Assembly (NCBI GenBank): GCA_973895155.1
Contig: OZ316893.1
Span: 11,227,660-11,291,659, forward strand
Length of the DNA: 64,000 nucleotides
DNA from: Marsupella aquatica
Taxonomy: Eukaryota > Plantae > Marchantiophyta
Direction of reading: 5' to 3'
Below, piece after piece: positions 23,081-36,287 of this stretch. A program made the position numbers and the translations under genes. The notes beneath the pieces were generated by a model. The model saw only the letters and a program-made list of their open reading frames with translations, was not told the origin of the DNA and ran no database searches. Position 1 is the first letter of the stretch. Each line of letters opens with the position of its first letter.

Positions 23081-26000
23081 TGAAATACATCGTTTACACG
23101 TTGAGAGAGATCTTTACATTTTGAGATCTCAGCTCATCCTTAAATACTGAAATCACGAGACCTGACCTACCCTGCTGAGTGCTCCACCCTAGTATGAAAG
23201 AGATGTGCAAATTTCTGTCCATCCATCGGGTATTCACCTCTCATCAATGATATCTATGCTGTTTTGCCACCTCAAGAATGTCACAAGAAACAAACGCCCC
23301 GAACAGTATTGATAGGGCAGTCACTTTCTGCTGGTGGACTGGACAGCGATGGGGGAGGTACATGTGACTCATTAGTTGAGTAGGGCTGGACCAGACTTGG
23401 AATCCGATACAGACACCGACATCATGAACATCACATTTTAACGCAGACATCATTATAAGGTGACAGGCTTAAAGATCCATCATTCTGTGAAAGACAACAA
23501 ACAGTTTGATAAGAGAAGAGAGAATGCATTGAATGAATAGAAGAGAGCAAGTGAAAAACTTCGAGCTCTCTGTTTTGGAAGCTATTGATTTTGACCAATT
23601 GTTTGCTCAGAATCAGTCGTCCACGTGCACTGATAAGCAAAACATGAGACAATTTACGTATACTTGCTTGTACCACACGGCAAATTTAGAGTGTTCACCC
23701 TATCTAAGAATGTGATTCTGTGAAGAACAACTTCGTTTATGATTAAAATAATTAGGAATGAAAGATACGTATTCTTCTCGTTTCTTTGTAGATAATGGGT
23801 ATTGTCTGAATTCTGGATTGAACGAGTCGAGAGCTCAAATGTAACGTACATCTCATAAGTTTCATGACCAAGTCTAGAAGTTTTGGGTCACTTGAAAATG
23901 CCACTGGGACATAAACCCGCAGTCAATGAGTCCTTCGCTAGTGATGTTCTTGCATAGACCTTGTGAAAACATACGAGGTAGGATTGCAAGAGATTGGACA
24001 CCATCATGGAAACTTGGAGCTACCTCAATTGCCGACGCGCTGACAACACCAGCTCGTGCTGTCTGATGACATGAATCTTAGCCAGTTAGCCACGAGCTCG
24101 CACGAGCTACGACGCCATCAAGGAGTCACGTGATTGTTGTCCACTTTGAGAGGTTAGATTTGTGGTAAATATTGATTTGAATTCACCTCTACTTCCCGGC
24201 AGTTACTCTGTCAAAATGTTAGGGTTTGGCTTTATTGCTTTAGCATTTCACCAGTTCGCCATCCTCAGATTTTCCACAAATAGTCGCGGCCATTCTGATT
24301 CTGGGGAATCAAAAGCCAAAGGGGGCATGCAATTGTCTTGTGGACGCATCCTCTTTTAGGGATGGTGGGTTTACAAGAAGTGGAGGCCATTGCTTTTCTT
24401 ATTCCCAAGATTAAATCTGGACCCTATAATGAGTGAAAACTGTCTTGACAAAATCTCCTCAACAAGTCTAATATGGCAAACTTTCATAACATAACTTTCA
24501 TAAGATTGGAGAGAGCTATGAGTTTTCAAAGATTACCGTGTCACCAGCCAATGTTCTTGATTGGGAGACTTGACCTTTTATTTTTTCTGGACTGGCAGCT
24601 GGATAGGCTGTTCTTCAATTTGATACAAGCACAAATACTGTCAACTTTCATTAATTTAGCATTCACCATTGAAAGATGACTCCCTTGTCACATTTCACTC
24701 TCCTGTGTGGTGTGTATCATCTGAGCAGAAAAGAGATGCAGTTTAATTCCCCTATGGACTCATTTGTCCAGTTTGTTTATACTATGTGTATCCTGAATTA
24801 GGCAGTAATTCAGTCGTCCTCTACTCCTTTTCCCTCAAATAGTAAGTTAACGTATGGGTACATTTACTGTACGATGCACCTGACGATAGTCCGATACACA
24901 GGAGCAGGTCACCTGCTCAAGATTCGGTCGAAATAAGAATATCCGGATGTCCTTTATCCATACGTATCCGCCGTCTCCGGCCGACTGCACAGTGAACTCC
25001 AGTAATTTCCGTCGATAAATGAAATCGACGGCCATCCGTTCCCATCCCTTAACCCCTGGTAAAGGTCACGACTGAATTACACTACAGCTCTGTAGACGAC
25101 AACTGGGTGATGGCAGTACGCTGTATTTGTCTCATTACCTAGTCCTGGCGATGCGGCGTACGACACTCCGAAAACCATTCAAGGGCCAAGATCTAGCTCT
25201 TGCGGTAAGTGCATGATGATCGAACGGATGAAGAGGCTTGTGAAACCTTAATGCTTCGGCCGCGGGAATTATGATTTGTGGAATAGTCATGGCCGTAATG
25301 CTCAGCTCTCGGGAAGCGTACAGTATGCATGTGTTTATCCGGCAGCTTTTAATATCGTGATAATTAGATGGCCTGAGCGTTTTTGGCCGGCACGGTAAAA
25401 AGGAAGTACTGCATCCTTTCTCCGTGCCTAAAGGCTCATATGATTATATGTAATATTGTAATATGGCTTTAGTGTTGTCTAGGTGCAACGTGTGCACGGT
25501 AAGTGGACTTGTCTTTTGCCCCGGAGCGGATGTGATTATGGTTTTAATTTCGACCGTTACTTGAAGCTCACTTTATTTTAACTCAAGCCCTTGGTTTAGA
25601 AAGTGAAGCCCGGATGAACCTAAAAGTAAGACAAAATGCCCTAGTGAGACCTCCTGGATCAAATGTCTAACTTTTCTGCAGTCAAGAACAAAAAGCCATC
25701 CTAAAGTAGCGGCTGAGATGACATCTGACTCAAGAAAAAGTACCTCCCTAATGTCAACTTGCTCTGCACTTAGATGAATCCCCGCACACTGTAGTTATCA
25801 TTTGGATATGTAAAAACGTATGCCTTCATTTCTTCACCTTTTAGTGAGCCACAGATAACACATTATAATCCCGGTTATATCCGTGCAGCATTAAATGGCC
25901 GGATTTAAAAGTCTTTCCAAGGATTTATACTGAAATTGGCCTTAGTGTTCTCTTGGGGCAGCGTATGTACAAATGCGTTGTAACCATTCTATTTGTAAGG

Positions 26001-26610
26001 TTAACTCCTTATCTGATTTTTGTAGATTAATTTTTGATCATCAAATTCTCCTGAGATTCAACTATAACCATTGGATTTGGCTGTTGGGGTTTCTGGCTAG
26101 GTGGAAAGCTGGCTAATGCAAGACAAAGAATGTAAGGAAAAGTGGCAAAAACTTTTGATTTTTGCCACAAAAAATGCTGGTCATAACACTGATGGAAGAT
26201 ATCCAAGATGTTTTGATTTGCCCGTGGTCAGATAGGTGATTACAAGTTTATTTACGTTTGGTCCATCTGCTCTCATAACAGAAGTACGAAAAAGATCTCC
26301 AAAAGTATGGCAAGTGGTAAACCATATTTTGGAGAGTTCACCACTTTACTTCTGGGAAAACATGTGCTATTGTGACCGGAGCTGGGAGGATGAGGATGTT
26401 ATGGATTTCCCGAAAGTATGTGTTTAGGCATGTTCGTCCAAATTCATAGGTTCAGGCTGGGGATCTTTTTTCCATCCTTCAGGTCCTAGATGCCCTACAA
26501 CATATTTGGAGTAGCATTGTAAACCATGGATTTGCGAGTCCACCACTTTACTTCCGGGAAAATGTGTGTGTGTGTGATCGTGACCAACCCAAAGATTTGA
26601 GACGTCCTAG

Positions 26611-26783
26611 GAGGTATTTGCTTGATAGACCCTCAAAATAAAACTTGTTACTTGATCGACCCTTGAGGTCTATGAATGGCCCAGATCTGAGATGGAAAGG
26701 TCCATCAACAATCTAGATTGGGGAAAAGTATTGAGGGGTTGATTAAGCAAACTTTTTCAGGGGGTCTACTAAGCATATCCCTC
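26611..26783. mobile_element. 173-bp Mutator-like MITE
   Basis: TIRs GAGGTATTTGCTTGATAGACCC / GGGTCTACTAAGCATATCCCTC with a perfect 10-bp TSD GACGTCCTAG (26601-26610; 26784-26793). Same TIR family as 17636-19086. Confidence 0.9.
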
Positions 26784-26985
26784 GACGTCCTAGTGAGGGA
26801 GTTAAACTCTCCTAGTGATGAGTTAAAACTTGAGACGCCCTAGTGATGATTACTAAAATTTGGGGCAAGGTAAGGATGATTGAGACGTCGTGGTGAGGGA
26901 GTTAAAGCTTCCCAAGTGATGAGTTAATAAAACTTGAGACGTCCTAGTAATGATTACTAAAATTTGGGGCAAGGTAAGGATGTTT
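26784..26985. repeat. Complex tandem array (TTGAGACGTCCTAGTGA / GAGTTAAA units)
   Basis: Repeated units; GATTACTAAAATTTGGGGCAAGGTAAGGATG is duplicated. Confidence 0.75.
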
Positions 26986-27727
26986 CCAGTTTGCCAGAGG
27001 GCAGCTGTGTGATTATTGCAACCTGGCCTTACTAAAGTTTGGGGGCCAGGCTTGGCTGCAAGACCGGGGGACATGTAGGTAGCTGATGGGACTTGCCCTG
27101 GCCTTTGAGGAGAAGAAAGGACAAGCTATGGTGGAGTCGTGAGGGAAAAGGGAAGAGATGAAAACCAGTGCAAGATGGCGGTGATGGAGAGAAGCGTGCG
27201 AGGCGTGTGGGTGCGAGAGTTACGTAACAATTTTTGACGTGCAATGCATGATGCTCGCAGCCTCCGTCTGCTGGACTGCCGCCTCTGGAGCTTGAAATAT
27301 GCTTCATTGGGTTCAGCATCTTCCGTGCTGCGGATCACTGAGAATGTTCCTTTGGAGATCTCTCTTGCTGGCCTCCTGTTTTGTAATCTTCTGAAGGTAG
27401 TTAGGGCATCGTCAGAGTAGTGCTACATGCTTGCGAGTTGCAAGAACTCGGCAGTGAATTGAGAGAGTGAGTCGGGGAGAACCAGTCTGCTTATTTCTTT
27501 GAATTGTGCTTTCACTTTTGTTGGAGCTCCCTTGACGTTGATATACATGGTCTCGGAGCTTATAGTACATTACCAGTAGCATTCCGACATGGGCTTTGTA
27601 AGCTCACTGGAGCCGAGACAGAATGAGACATTGTCCAAGTGCAGGGCATGAAGCTCTTAATTTCTTCCAGCTGGGTCATATGGATTGTCGGTAGGACGCT
27701 GGAGTTAGATATATGTATTTCTTACTA

Positions 27728-27748
27728 AGGGGGGGGGGGGGGGGGGGG
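27728..27748 (+). repeat. Poly-G run (21 nt)
   Basis: Directly visible homopolymer, followed by further G-tracts. Confidence 0.9.
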
Positions 27749-28240
27749 CGCGGGGAAGATGGGGGGCAACTAAAGAGGAATTGTCTGATTTGTCTTGTGC
27801 TTTGAAGTGAGGCCTACCTGTGGAGAGGAATATGTTCTACTTGAAAGTAGCAAGTTGAATGGGAGAAAAGTGATCAAGAATTCTAGCCAAGTATCCCATT
27901 TGAGTGGTTCTCACTTCGCAGGGGTTACCTGGCCTCGGCCGATGAGGATGTATGAGAGGAGGCGGCAGACTGGTTCGTCGGAATTGTGTGAATTGAATGC
28001 TCGGCTGACTGAACACTTGTTTGATTGCTCCTGTATGAGCATCATCTCGAGAGAATGTGTCATAGAATCATTGCAACCTTGATTTGGCTCGAAGAATTCC
28101 TACATGCACATTCGTTTGAGATACCGATTTGACTAAGAGCTGGTGTCGGTGCTGGTGTTCCACGAGTAGATTTAAAACTGGACGACCCGGGCTATTTGTC
28201 CAGATTTCGTAGAGAACGTTTTCCAATGAGTTTTACAGGA

Positions 28241-29194
28241 ATGAAGAGGCTCAAGTCGAGGAACACTGCGCCAGTGACATTGAAGAGGCCGCCTACATTA
28301 CCTGCGGTTCCATATTTGTAGAATTTTGGAGAAACGAATCGAAGTGTGGATTATATTATAATTCTGGATGCAGATTTCAGGGGTACGACGGCTCTCCTGA
28401 GAGTGAGTGTGATGCATCGACCCGGGACAGTAGAATGTCTCTGCAGCACCAACTGTGCAAATCTTCCGTTCCGATGGATGGACGTGAACCGCTACCCGCG
28501 CAGGTTTCCTAATGCGTACCGGGGTGATCACTTTCCAATGTTTGCTTTGGTAGAGACCCAAATTGATGGCAGATCGATCAAGCTAGAGTCCATGAAGTAC
28601 GTTACCAGCAATGGGGACGATGATGCAACGTGTGCAAGCTTACGAGAGGACAGCGAAAACGGGGATTCCAAGGTCAACTTACCCACCAAGGAAGCCGTAT
28701 CCGATCGTAATAGTGGAAAATGGCCACAAGACTCACAGGACCAAACCAGATGTTGCACAGCGCAAGAGATTGCTACCATTGGCATCGACAGAGATGAGAG
28801 CGTGGACTGGCAGGAAGAAAGAAAGCAGTGGAGAAGTGCGGCCGGCGTGAGTACTCCATCTGACCTACAGCGTAAAATTGAGGACATGGGCCGAGCTGCA
28901 GCTAAGAACGAGGCCGACTTGGAGACACTCGTTTCCCACGTTGCAGAAGTGAAGACATTTCTGGTACAGCTCCATGACATTGACGAGTTCTTTGTCAAGC
29001 GCAAGAGAAGATGTGATCGACCGAGTAGGAGAAGGAAGCGATCTCGACGACAGTGTGGTGCAATAGACTGTTGTTGTGCAATGTCCGAGGATCAGGAATC
29101 CTCCGCTGAGAGAGCACCAAAAGAGGGACGCGGGTCCCTTTTAGACCCCGAAATCATGAGAAGCTTTGGCAGTCTCACTAAATCGTCTGCTTGA
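28241..29194 (+). pseudogene. Unknown protein with C-terminal coiled coil and basic NLS-like tract; premature stop or terminal exon
   Basis: 282-codon open frame from GTG 28346. An in-frame ATG at 28241 is separated from it by a TAG at 28319. Coiled coil (DLQRKIEDM...LETLVSHVAEVKTFL) and KRKRR..RRRKRSRR. TTTTACAG acceptor at ~28238. Confidence 0.45.
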
Positions 29195-32100
29195 TGCAAC
29201 ATACCCTTCCTGTTCTTTCCTATAGCTATGGTGACAATCAAGGCAGAACCCTCCGAGCGAGCGTACTTTTGCATGAAGGCATGGCCATCACCGAAGTCTT
29301 GCCAAAGTAGTACTGAGATCGCAACCACCCAGCTAAAAGATCTACAGTATAAGGCATTTAGGCTGATTCCCTCAACGACCGCCATGAGTTGAGAGTTTGA
29401 AACTGGTCCTCTCAATACACAGATCCTCAAATAGTTGTACATGTGTGATACATCACAGGAGACCTAGAATGATAAGAGGCTGTCCCCGCTCCTGCTGCAA
29501 CTGTACATGCAAACCTCAAATCCCCAACATTCCTTCAGCATGATTCGGATATGGGGGAACGAGTAGGCAAGAAATGTTCAATCCTATAGATATTGTCCAT
29601 CAATACTTTTACGCAAGCTTCTAGTTCAGTGTCTTTCTAGTGTTTGTGTGTTCAAGTGAAGGTAAGGTGAATTCAGTGATGTGCAAGGACCTTTTTCGCA
29701 ATGCAAATACAAGAAGTATCGTTTTTGCACGGCCCCGTCCTGTGTTGGTTCTCTCAAGATATGTACGTCACTACTACGCGTCTACAGGGAGACCTCGTGT
29801 TTTGACGTTTCAGATGCAGCTGTGGCAAAGAATGGTATGTGAACTGTCAACACCGGAGGCTTCGTACTTGAGCAAAATTCAATCACTAGATTATAGGAAA
29901 TTATAAACGAAGTTCGCTCATTCTACAGATTTGCCTTGAATCTCACAAGCTCGTACCCATAAATTACGGCGTCAATTGTCTCACTTTCGAAGTCTAGATT
30001 TGGAAGAAGATAAACATAAAGAATTGATCGATTACGCTAATCATACAGTTCATCAATGTTTCTACAATTCCCAGTGTTCCTCCACCTATAATACAGATCG
30101 ATCTCCCGAGGTCCACATTCAATGACGGGGTCATAAGTGCTTTTTTTTTCTTTCTTCGAGTGATGCTGACGACGGCCAGACTGATCGCCATAGTCTTAAA
30201 TACTCACTTTCCTCTTGGATGACTGGGTCATGAGTGCAATTTTTTTCTCCTCGAGCGATGCTGATCTCCATAGAGCGTTCAATATTTACTTTCCTCTTGA
30301 GGTAACGCCAATCATACTAAATTGGACACTGTAATACTCGAGCATATTAAATTGCCCAATAAAAAACCTACTAGTACTGTGATCTACTGACTGCAGTTGA
30401 ATGAAAGTTATACAGAACAATCAGTTACAATGAAATATATGTTGAACCTAATTCTTTCAAATATCAGATCTTATACAACTCGCCTGGGGCCCATTCACAC
30501 CCAGTCTTTTGTGAATATAATAGTGAGACCTATCCTAAAAGCTGGACTGGTTTAATGTATGTCTTTCATATGAAACCTATCCCCAAAGTTGCCAGGCATG
30601 ATTGGTGGCTCTCTCTTGCCAAACATACAAAAGGTTTTCAAAATAAAACCTACAATAAGTATGGAGATAGGTTTTATTGCCTGGTTATCCAAAGCCATGC
30701 CTAGTTAAGCAACTTTCATGGTTATCTGGAGTTTTCAAATAAAACCTATCCACGAAGTTGCTTAAGGAGGCATGAAAGGAAAGATTTGCATGCAGAATTT
30801 TTTTTGGCAACCAACTTATTCAAAATAGTTTTTTAAAAGAAGAACGAACACATAGAAAAGGCATGAGTTTACCTGTAGGTCTAATTACACTATTTTCCTT
30901 TGTGCCAACTACTTTGGGTTTTGTAGTAAGATGTGACAACCAGTTTGTTTTTTACAGGGCCTTCAAGAGTAAACCGCACATCTGCTACACTACCCATTTT
31001 TTATAGGAAGCATGAAACTGCTCCACTGCGCAGTTTTGATAAAAGCATCACATGGCTTATGGATAACCAGTGGTATAAGATGGCTTATTTTATTTTATCG
31101 ATTTCCCTCATTATCTTATTGTTATATGCCTCAAGACCAATGGTTAGAACTGAGTAAATTTCTAAATGACCCTGAGTGCGGACATTGTATGCAGCTCCAT
31201 TTTTTCTACTAACATGTGGTTTTTCTGTAGTGATCTTTTCATGTCATGACAAATTCGAAGTTAAAGTCCAGACAGACTTGACATATGCCAAAATGCATGG
31301 ATGAACTTTTGCAACCAGGGTGGACCACAGCGAAACCTTTTTTCTGTTCAACTGATACATATAACTCGGGAGCTAGGGTGAGATGTGATGTAAAACAAAA
31401 CAGTCATCTATGAAAATTACTTCATAGCTCAATGACATCTGCCGATACAAACGCTTCTGTCAGTAAGATCTTTCCAAGCTGCTCCTTATAGTGAGCCTAA
31501 GCTGCTCCTTATAGTAAGCCTAAGAACAGTCTATCCCGCTCTATACCAAAGAAGAAAGTCAAGGTCAAACTTGATGATGCAGTACTTTTGGAAAGGAGAA
31601 GAGTGTGGGACTGTGGGCTTATCCGGGGGCTAATGACACTGTAAAGGATCCCAAGGGTTATGGTGTTGTATAGTTCATAAGTTTGCTCCATCTGGGCCTC
31701 AGAATATATGTGGAAACGTGTAGTTTGCTTAATTATGTTCAAGATTAATTTCCTCTTTGTATTTTGTGTACCTTATGGAATAAAATGCCCTCTCCTGTGA
31801 AAGGTAATGTTAATTTCAATTTGCAAGAATTTTGAGTTTGTCTTCCCTCTCACTGTTTATGAAATGGAGAAAACAAATATAGTGAGCGTTAAAAATCTTT
31901 CAGGTATTATTCAAATGTACTATGGAGAACAAACCCAATGCGGGTGTGTCTCACCATTAGCAAGGGCAAGGCACTGAGAGCAAGGGAGAAGCCAAAGGGT
32001 GGGGCACAGACGGTGAGGTACATAGAGGGCCTGAGGGGAGGCAGGGAGGTTTGCCAGTGAAGTGTATTTGCCCAACCAAATTGGGACAAAAAAACAAAAG

Positions 32101-33635
32101 CTAAGGGCCAAGAATTCCTCCGCCCAGATGGTGATTGGTAAATTGCTGACCCACTAGACCTGTCAGAATTGGATATTATGGTGTGAATTATACAGTCCAT
32201 AAAGCCATTGTGTTTTGGAATTACAGCACACAATTCTTAGGTTTTCATCATAAAATGAGGATGGGTACAAATTATAAGATCAGTTTTCACTGTTACGATG
32301 AAATATTTGAGCTTGTGTTTTTTAAAGTCCCCTTTTTCTCTGCAGTAGTTGCCTTGCCGGTGCAAAACTAAAAATTAATTTAGGTATGATAGTCATCAAG
32401 TCATGGGCCCCAAATTTCCAAAGTCCCAGATGGTGGTCCATCCTGTCTTCAGTTTCTTCCACCTATGCACTGAAACAAATTCTTCCTAACAATTTAGAGT
32501 CAAACGTTCCAAAAAAGGTGGGCTGGAAAGATATGCAAACCTATTGGGAAAAGGGGGCATTTACTTGATGGACCCCCAAAACAGGATTTTCTCCCGAACC
32601 AACCCCATGAGGTTTTGGGACCCCATGAGGTTTTGGGTATGCTAATTTAGGTCTATCCACTCTCTGGCATACATAATACTTGTACAAACGGCTCACTTGT
32701 GCACCGTACACTGTAAATTAAATTCCACACATGAGAGCCTGGATAAGTTTACATGAGTTGACATGCCCTCAATAACATGTTATCTGTTGAAATATTTTGT
32801 CATGAACACAAGTTTTGGCTAGGTGTCAGCAACATAGTGGAATATGAACTCTGAGAAAAACTTTGGCTGGGAAATATTTGGCTGTCAGATCACGACAGTG
32901 CAAATACAAGTTCCCATTATCCTCAGGCAGTCAGAATATGATTCTCCCACGAACCAAGCCAAAAACCATGCAACCCCTTGCACCATGACATCGTTTACAC
33001 CTTCACTCATTATCACACTATTATCACACTATGGTGTTCAAAAGCAAAGTTTGACTTTTAGTATATCCCTTGAAATACTACTAAATAGAGTCTTTTGGGG
33101 CTAATTAGAAGAGGCTTGGAAAGATCTTAATCATTCTAATGTATCTACTTTTCATGAAGATGGATAGATTGTGAATTCCTAAGATTACTCCATCACTTAC
33201 TGTCAACTCTTGTGCTTCCAAAAGTTTTTGAACAGCTAACTTTGAAATTCAGTATCTTCCTCTTATCCAATGAAATTTGATTGTTCTGCGTTGAATAGAA
33301 ATGGTTGGCAAAATTCTTTTCCAGTGAACCTAATACCTACAAATATCATTCATAATAGAGAGACTACCCAATTTCCAAGCCTAGTTTGCTCTACACATTT
33401 CACTAATGGGTGTAGTATGTACCTTATTAGCATAGGGGTCACTCAGCTAAGCGCTTCAAGTTCCAGAATATTCTTCTCATTTTTACATTTGTTTTTTTTA
33501 GCAATATATACCCTGAGACCCTCAGTCCCTACTCCAATCGCTAGAAAATTCTAAAATTTTACATGACAAATAATTGGGTTTCATAAGGACCCAAACTAGG
33601 TTCTCTTTCGGGACTTTTAATAATTAATTCCCTGG

Positions 33636-34289
33636 GTACACCGGGGCTGGTTCTGCGCCCCCTGCATCTTTGGGGGTGATGGGAAGGGGCGACTGGGCCA
33701 GACTGCCCTACTTACTAGCCTACCGTCTCGTACCGTCGTGGCCTTGACCGCGCTGACGGCGCCGAGCCAGTCTTTTGGACAGACAGGTCAGTACAGTACT
33801 CTGACCGAACTCAAGCAGACCCCTCGCCCTCATTATTCCTCCTTAATCTACGGTACAGATTCAGAGATCGCCTGATAGGAATTTACTTCCCGGATTTACT
33901 TGGACCTCCATGCAAATGTCGTAAACAAGTGTACTTCTCCGTACCCGTTTTTCTCTGAGTAGCGTATTTTCAAAGCAAATCGGAATGAGTGATCTGAGTC
34001 GTTCGTACAAATAATTGAAGGCCCCGATGTCCCTGTTCCTTTACTACTCGAAGACTTTCAGTGACCGTACAATACTACTAATGCATGTACAGTACATGCA
34101 TCGATAATTCATAGTACTGTACCACAATTTTCGTTAATACGCGCAGCTTTTCGATTCAAATTGAAAGGAATCTTCTATTTTCCAAGCATCTTTGGGTTTG
34201 AGCCGTTCAAAGTATCGTACGAATGGCTCAGATTTGATGCAGAAGATACGCTGGAGGGAGCAAGTTGCAGACGTAGATTTTGTACGTAC
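33636..34289. promoter_or_regulatory. GTAC-dense putative SBP/SPL (copper-response-type) regulatory region
   Basis: 16 GTAC cores counted in 654 bp (about 2-3 expected at random), several as CCGTAC/TCGTAC. Inverted repeat ATGCATGTAC-A-GTACATGCAT at 34081-34101. Confidence 0.5.
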
Positions 34290-34605
34290 AGGAGTTAGCA
34301 GTATGGTCAGGGTCACCTAAAGTGGAGGCAAACAACGTGATAATGTTGAGGATAAAAAATGGAAAAAGTAAGTGGAGGCGAGGAGTGCTCCCATGCACTG
34401 CCCTGACACGAATGATCCCTAACTGCGACTGCAGTGTGGTAGGTGAGCTTCATGTTCTCCCACTTTACAGAGTTGGACCACTTGTTTAGTAGGGACTCTG
34501 TTTCCTGCTGTACGTTTTGCTCAATATCTTGCTGAACTCTAGAGTTTTCGGTAAATTTAACACCAGTATTATTTAATGTGGCCATAAGCTCTGTGACTCA
34601 TGGTC

Positions 34606-35710
34606 TGTTATGAAATCCAAATTTCGGCAGAAATTCTTGCTGGCCATCTCATTTCCTTTCCCTTTTTGTATGGCAGTGGAAGGGGTCCAATGGCAGGGGC
34701 GAGTCTGCCACTAGACAAACGGTAGGGAGCAGGAGGAGGGTTAGGGGAAATGGGAAGATGAGGAGAGGGGCGGGTGGCTGGGTCAGGACAGGGCAGAGGG
34801 TGGCAGGGAGGCAGGCGGGGAAAGGGAGGGAAATAAGAATAAGAAAAGGGGTTCCTAAAAACCCTAAACTCCCATTGGACCTGCTTACATGTTGGCATCA
34901 CAAAAATTGATTTCCAACAAACAGAATATAGATGATTGGAATGACATCACTTTTGTAACAACACATATAGTAACAACGACAACACAGGCAAAAATGGTGA
35001 TAATTTTGCAACAACACAGTTGCAACCAAAAATATTGCAACCCTTCCATGACCACATCAACAGCAACACTTCTGTACAATCAACATAGCCGCAATGACAA
35101 CCCGTGCACAAAGATAACATAGTGACAACAACAATGCAGCTGCAATGGCAAATGTGCAATGCAAGGGCATTGGGCTAGTGACAATATAACAGGTGCAATG
35201 CGGTGTATTAGGCCCCCAGTCAAGTACATGAGCAGAAAACACAAGATTAAACTTGTTTTTAGTCCAGCACATGAGCAGAAAACACATGATTAAACTTGTT
35301 TTTGGCCTGCGCGCATTGAAGACCCTGAGTAACAGAGCTAATTTGGCAAAGTTATGGGTGAAAGAGCCCACAAGGGAGCACCATGGTAGGACAGGAGTGA
35401 AAGAAAAGGTGAGCATTAGAGAGTAATGGCCATCCATGAGAGCCCACATGAGAGTAGAGTAGCTGCCATCTATTGAGCACAAGAGTAGAAGGCCTGTGAA
35501 TAGAGGATACCGTCTGCAGAGATGTGTAGTACTGGGGCACAAGGATAGAAGTGCCAACTAGCTCTGCACCAAGACGGGGTGACAGATCCAGCCCATCCTT
35601 CAAGTAACCAGGAATTCTTTGAGTTAAGCCTTTCAGAGACTAACTCACTAATCATCCCACATTCTCACCCCCTTCTCCATTCAGGGAGAACTCTATTACC
35701 GTGTGTAACC
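34606..35710. mobile_element. Possible degenerate LTR/TE-derived sequence
   Basis: Starts TGTTA, CpG-depleted, purine-rich tract, internal duplication (CATGAGCAGAAAACACA.GATTAAACTTGTTTTT twice). No TSD found. Confidence 0.3.
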
Positions 35711-35943
35711 TTTGCAAATCTTACTCTGTTTACTATAATGCGGTCCAAAATAGACAAAATTGATGCACAATTTTAGAAGTGGGCTTCTAAAGTATGCACT
35801 TACTGCAACTAAAAAATATTATCGTCAAGAGTCTCTCCATGATGAGCTAGGAAATGATGTCTTAGTTGAGGCTAAAAGTGCAAGTTTGTTGACCTTTTTG
35901 TATCTAAACTTGGAAGTGCACTAAGTAGTATTTGCTACAAGGA

Positions 35944-36287
35944 TGTTAGATATTGCTCTAGTCTTGTGACTCATGAGCTAACTACAGTTAGGCTAACTCG
36001 GGTTAGGACTTAGCTATTGTTAGCGGTAGTGTTGTTGTGTATATAGCCAGGGCTGATGCCAAACCCTGGTGGAAGTTAGGCTCATTGTTACGGAGCTAGT
36101 TAAGAGATAGGGAGAGCTTGTGTTGTGGATGTTTGGTATGGCCGGTCGGCCTAGAGTGCATTAAAGCTCTTGTGTGTTCCCGTGGCCGTAGCCTCATGTG
36201 GAGGTGAACCACGTATCTCTATGTGTCGACTATTGTGCGTTGGATGGTTCATGGGCTTGCCGTTGCGAATGTCGTCTATGCTCAACA
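35944..36287 (+). mobile_element. Solo LTR (344 bp), probably Ty1/copia
   Basis: TGTTAG...TCAACA termini, perfect 5-bp TSD AAGGA (35939-35943; 36288-36292), internal TATATA and the GTGAACCACGTA motif common in copia LTRs. Confidence 0.9.

Noticed and set aside
26594-26985. Repeat array as a CRISPR
   Set aside because: Eukaryotic context, irregular units, no unique spacers, no cas genes.
27521-27540. GGAGCTCCCTT resembling the miR319/159 star arm
   Set aside because: No TTGGACTGAAGGGAGCTCC-like mature arm downstream.
34393-34407. ATGCACTGCC matches the first 10 nt of miR408, right after the GTAC cluster
   Set aside because: The remainder does not match and no complementary star arm is visible.
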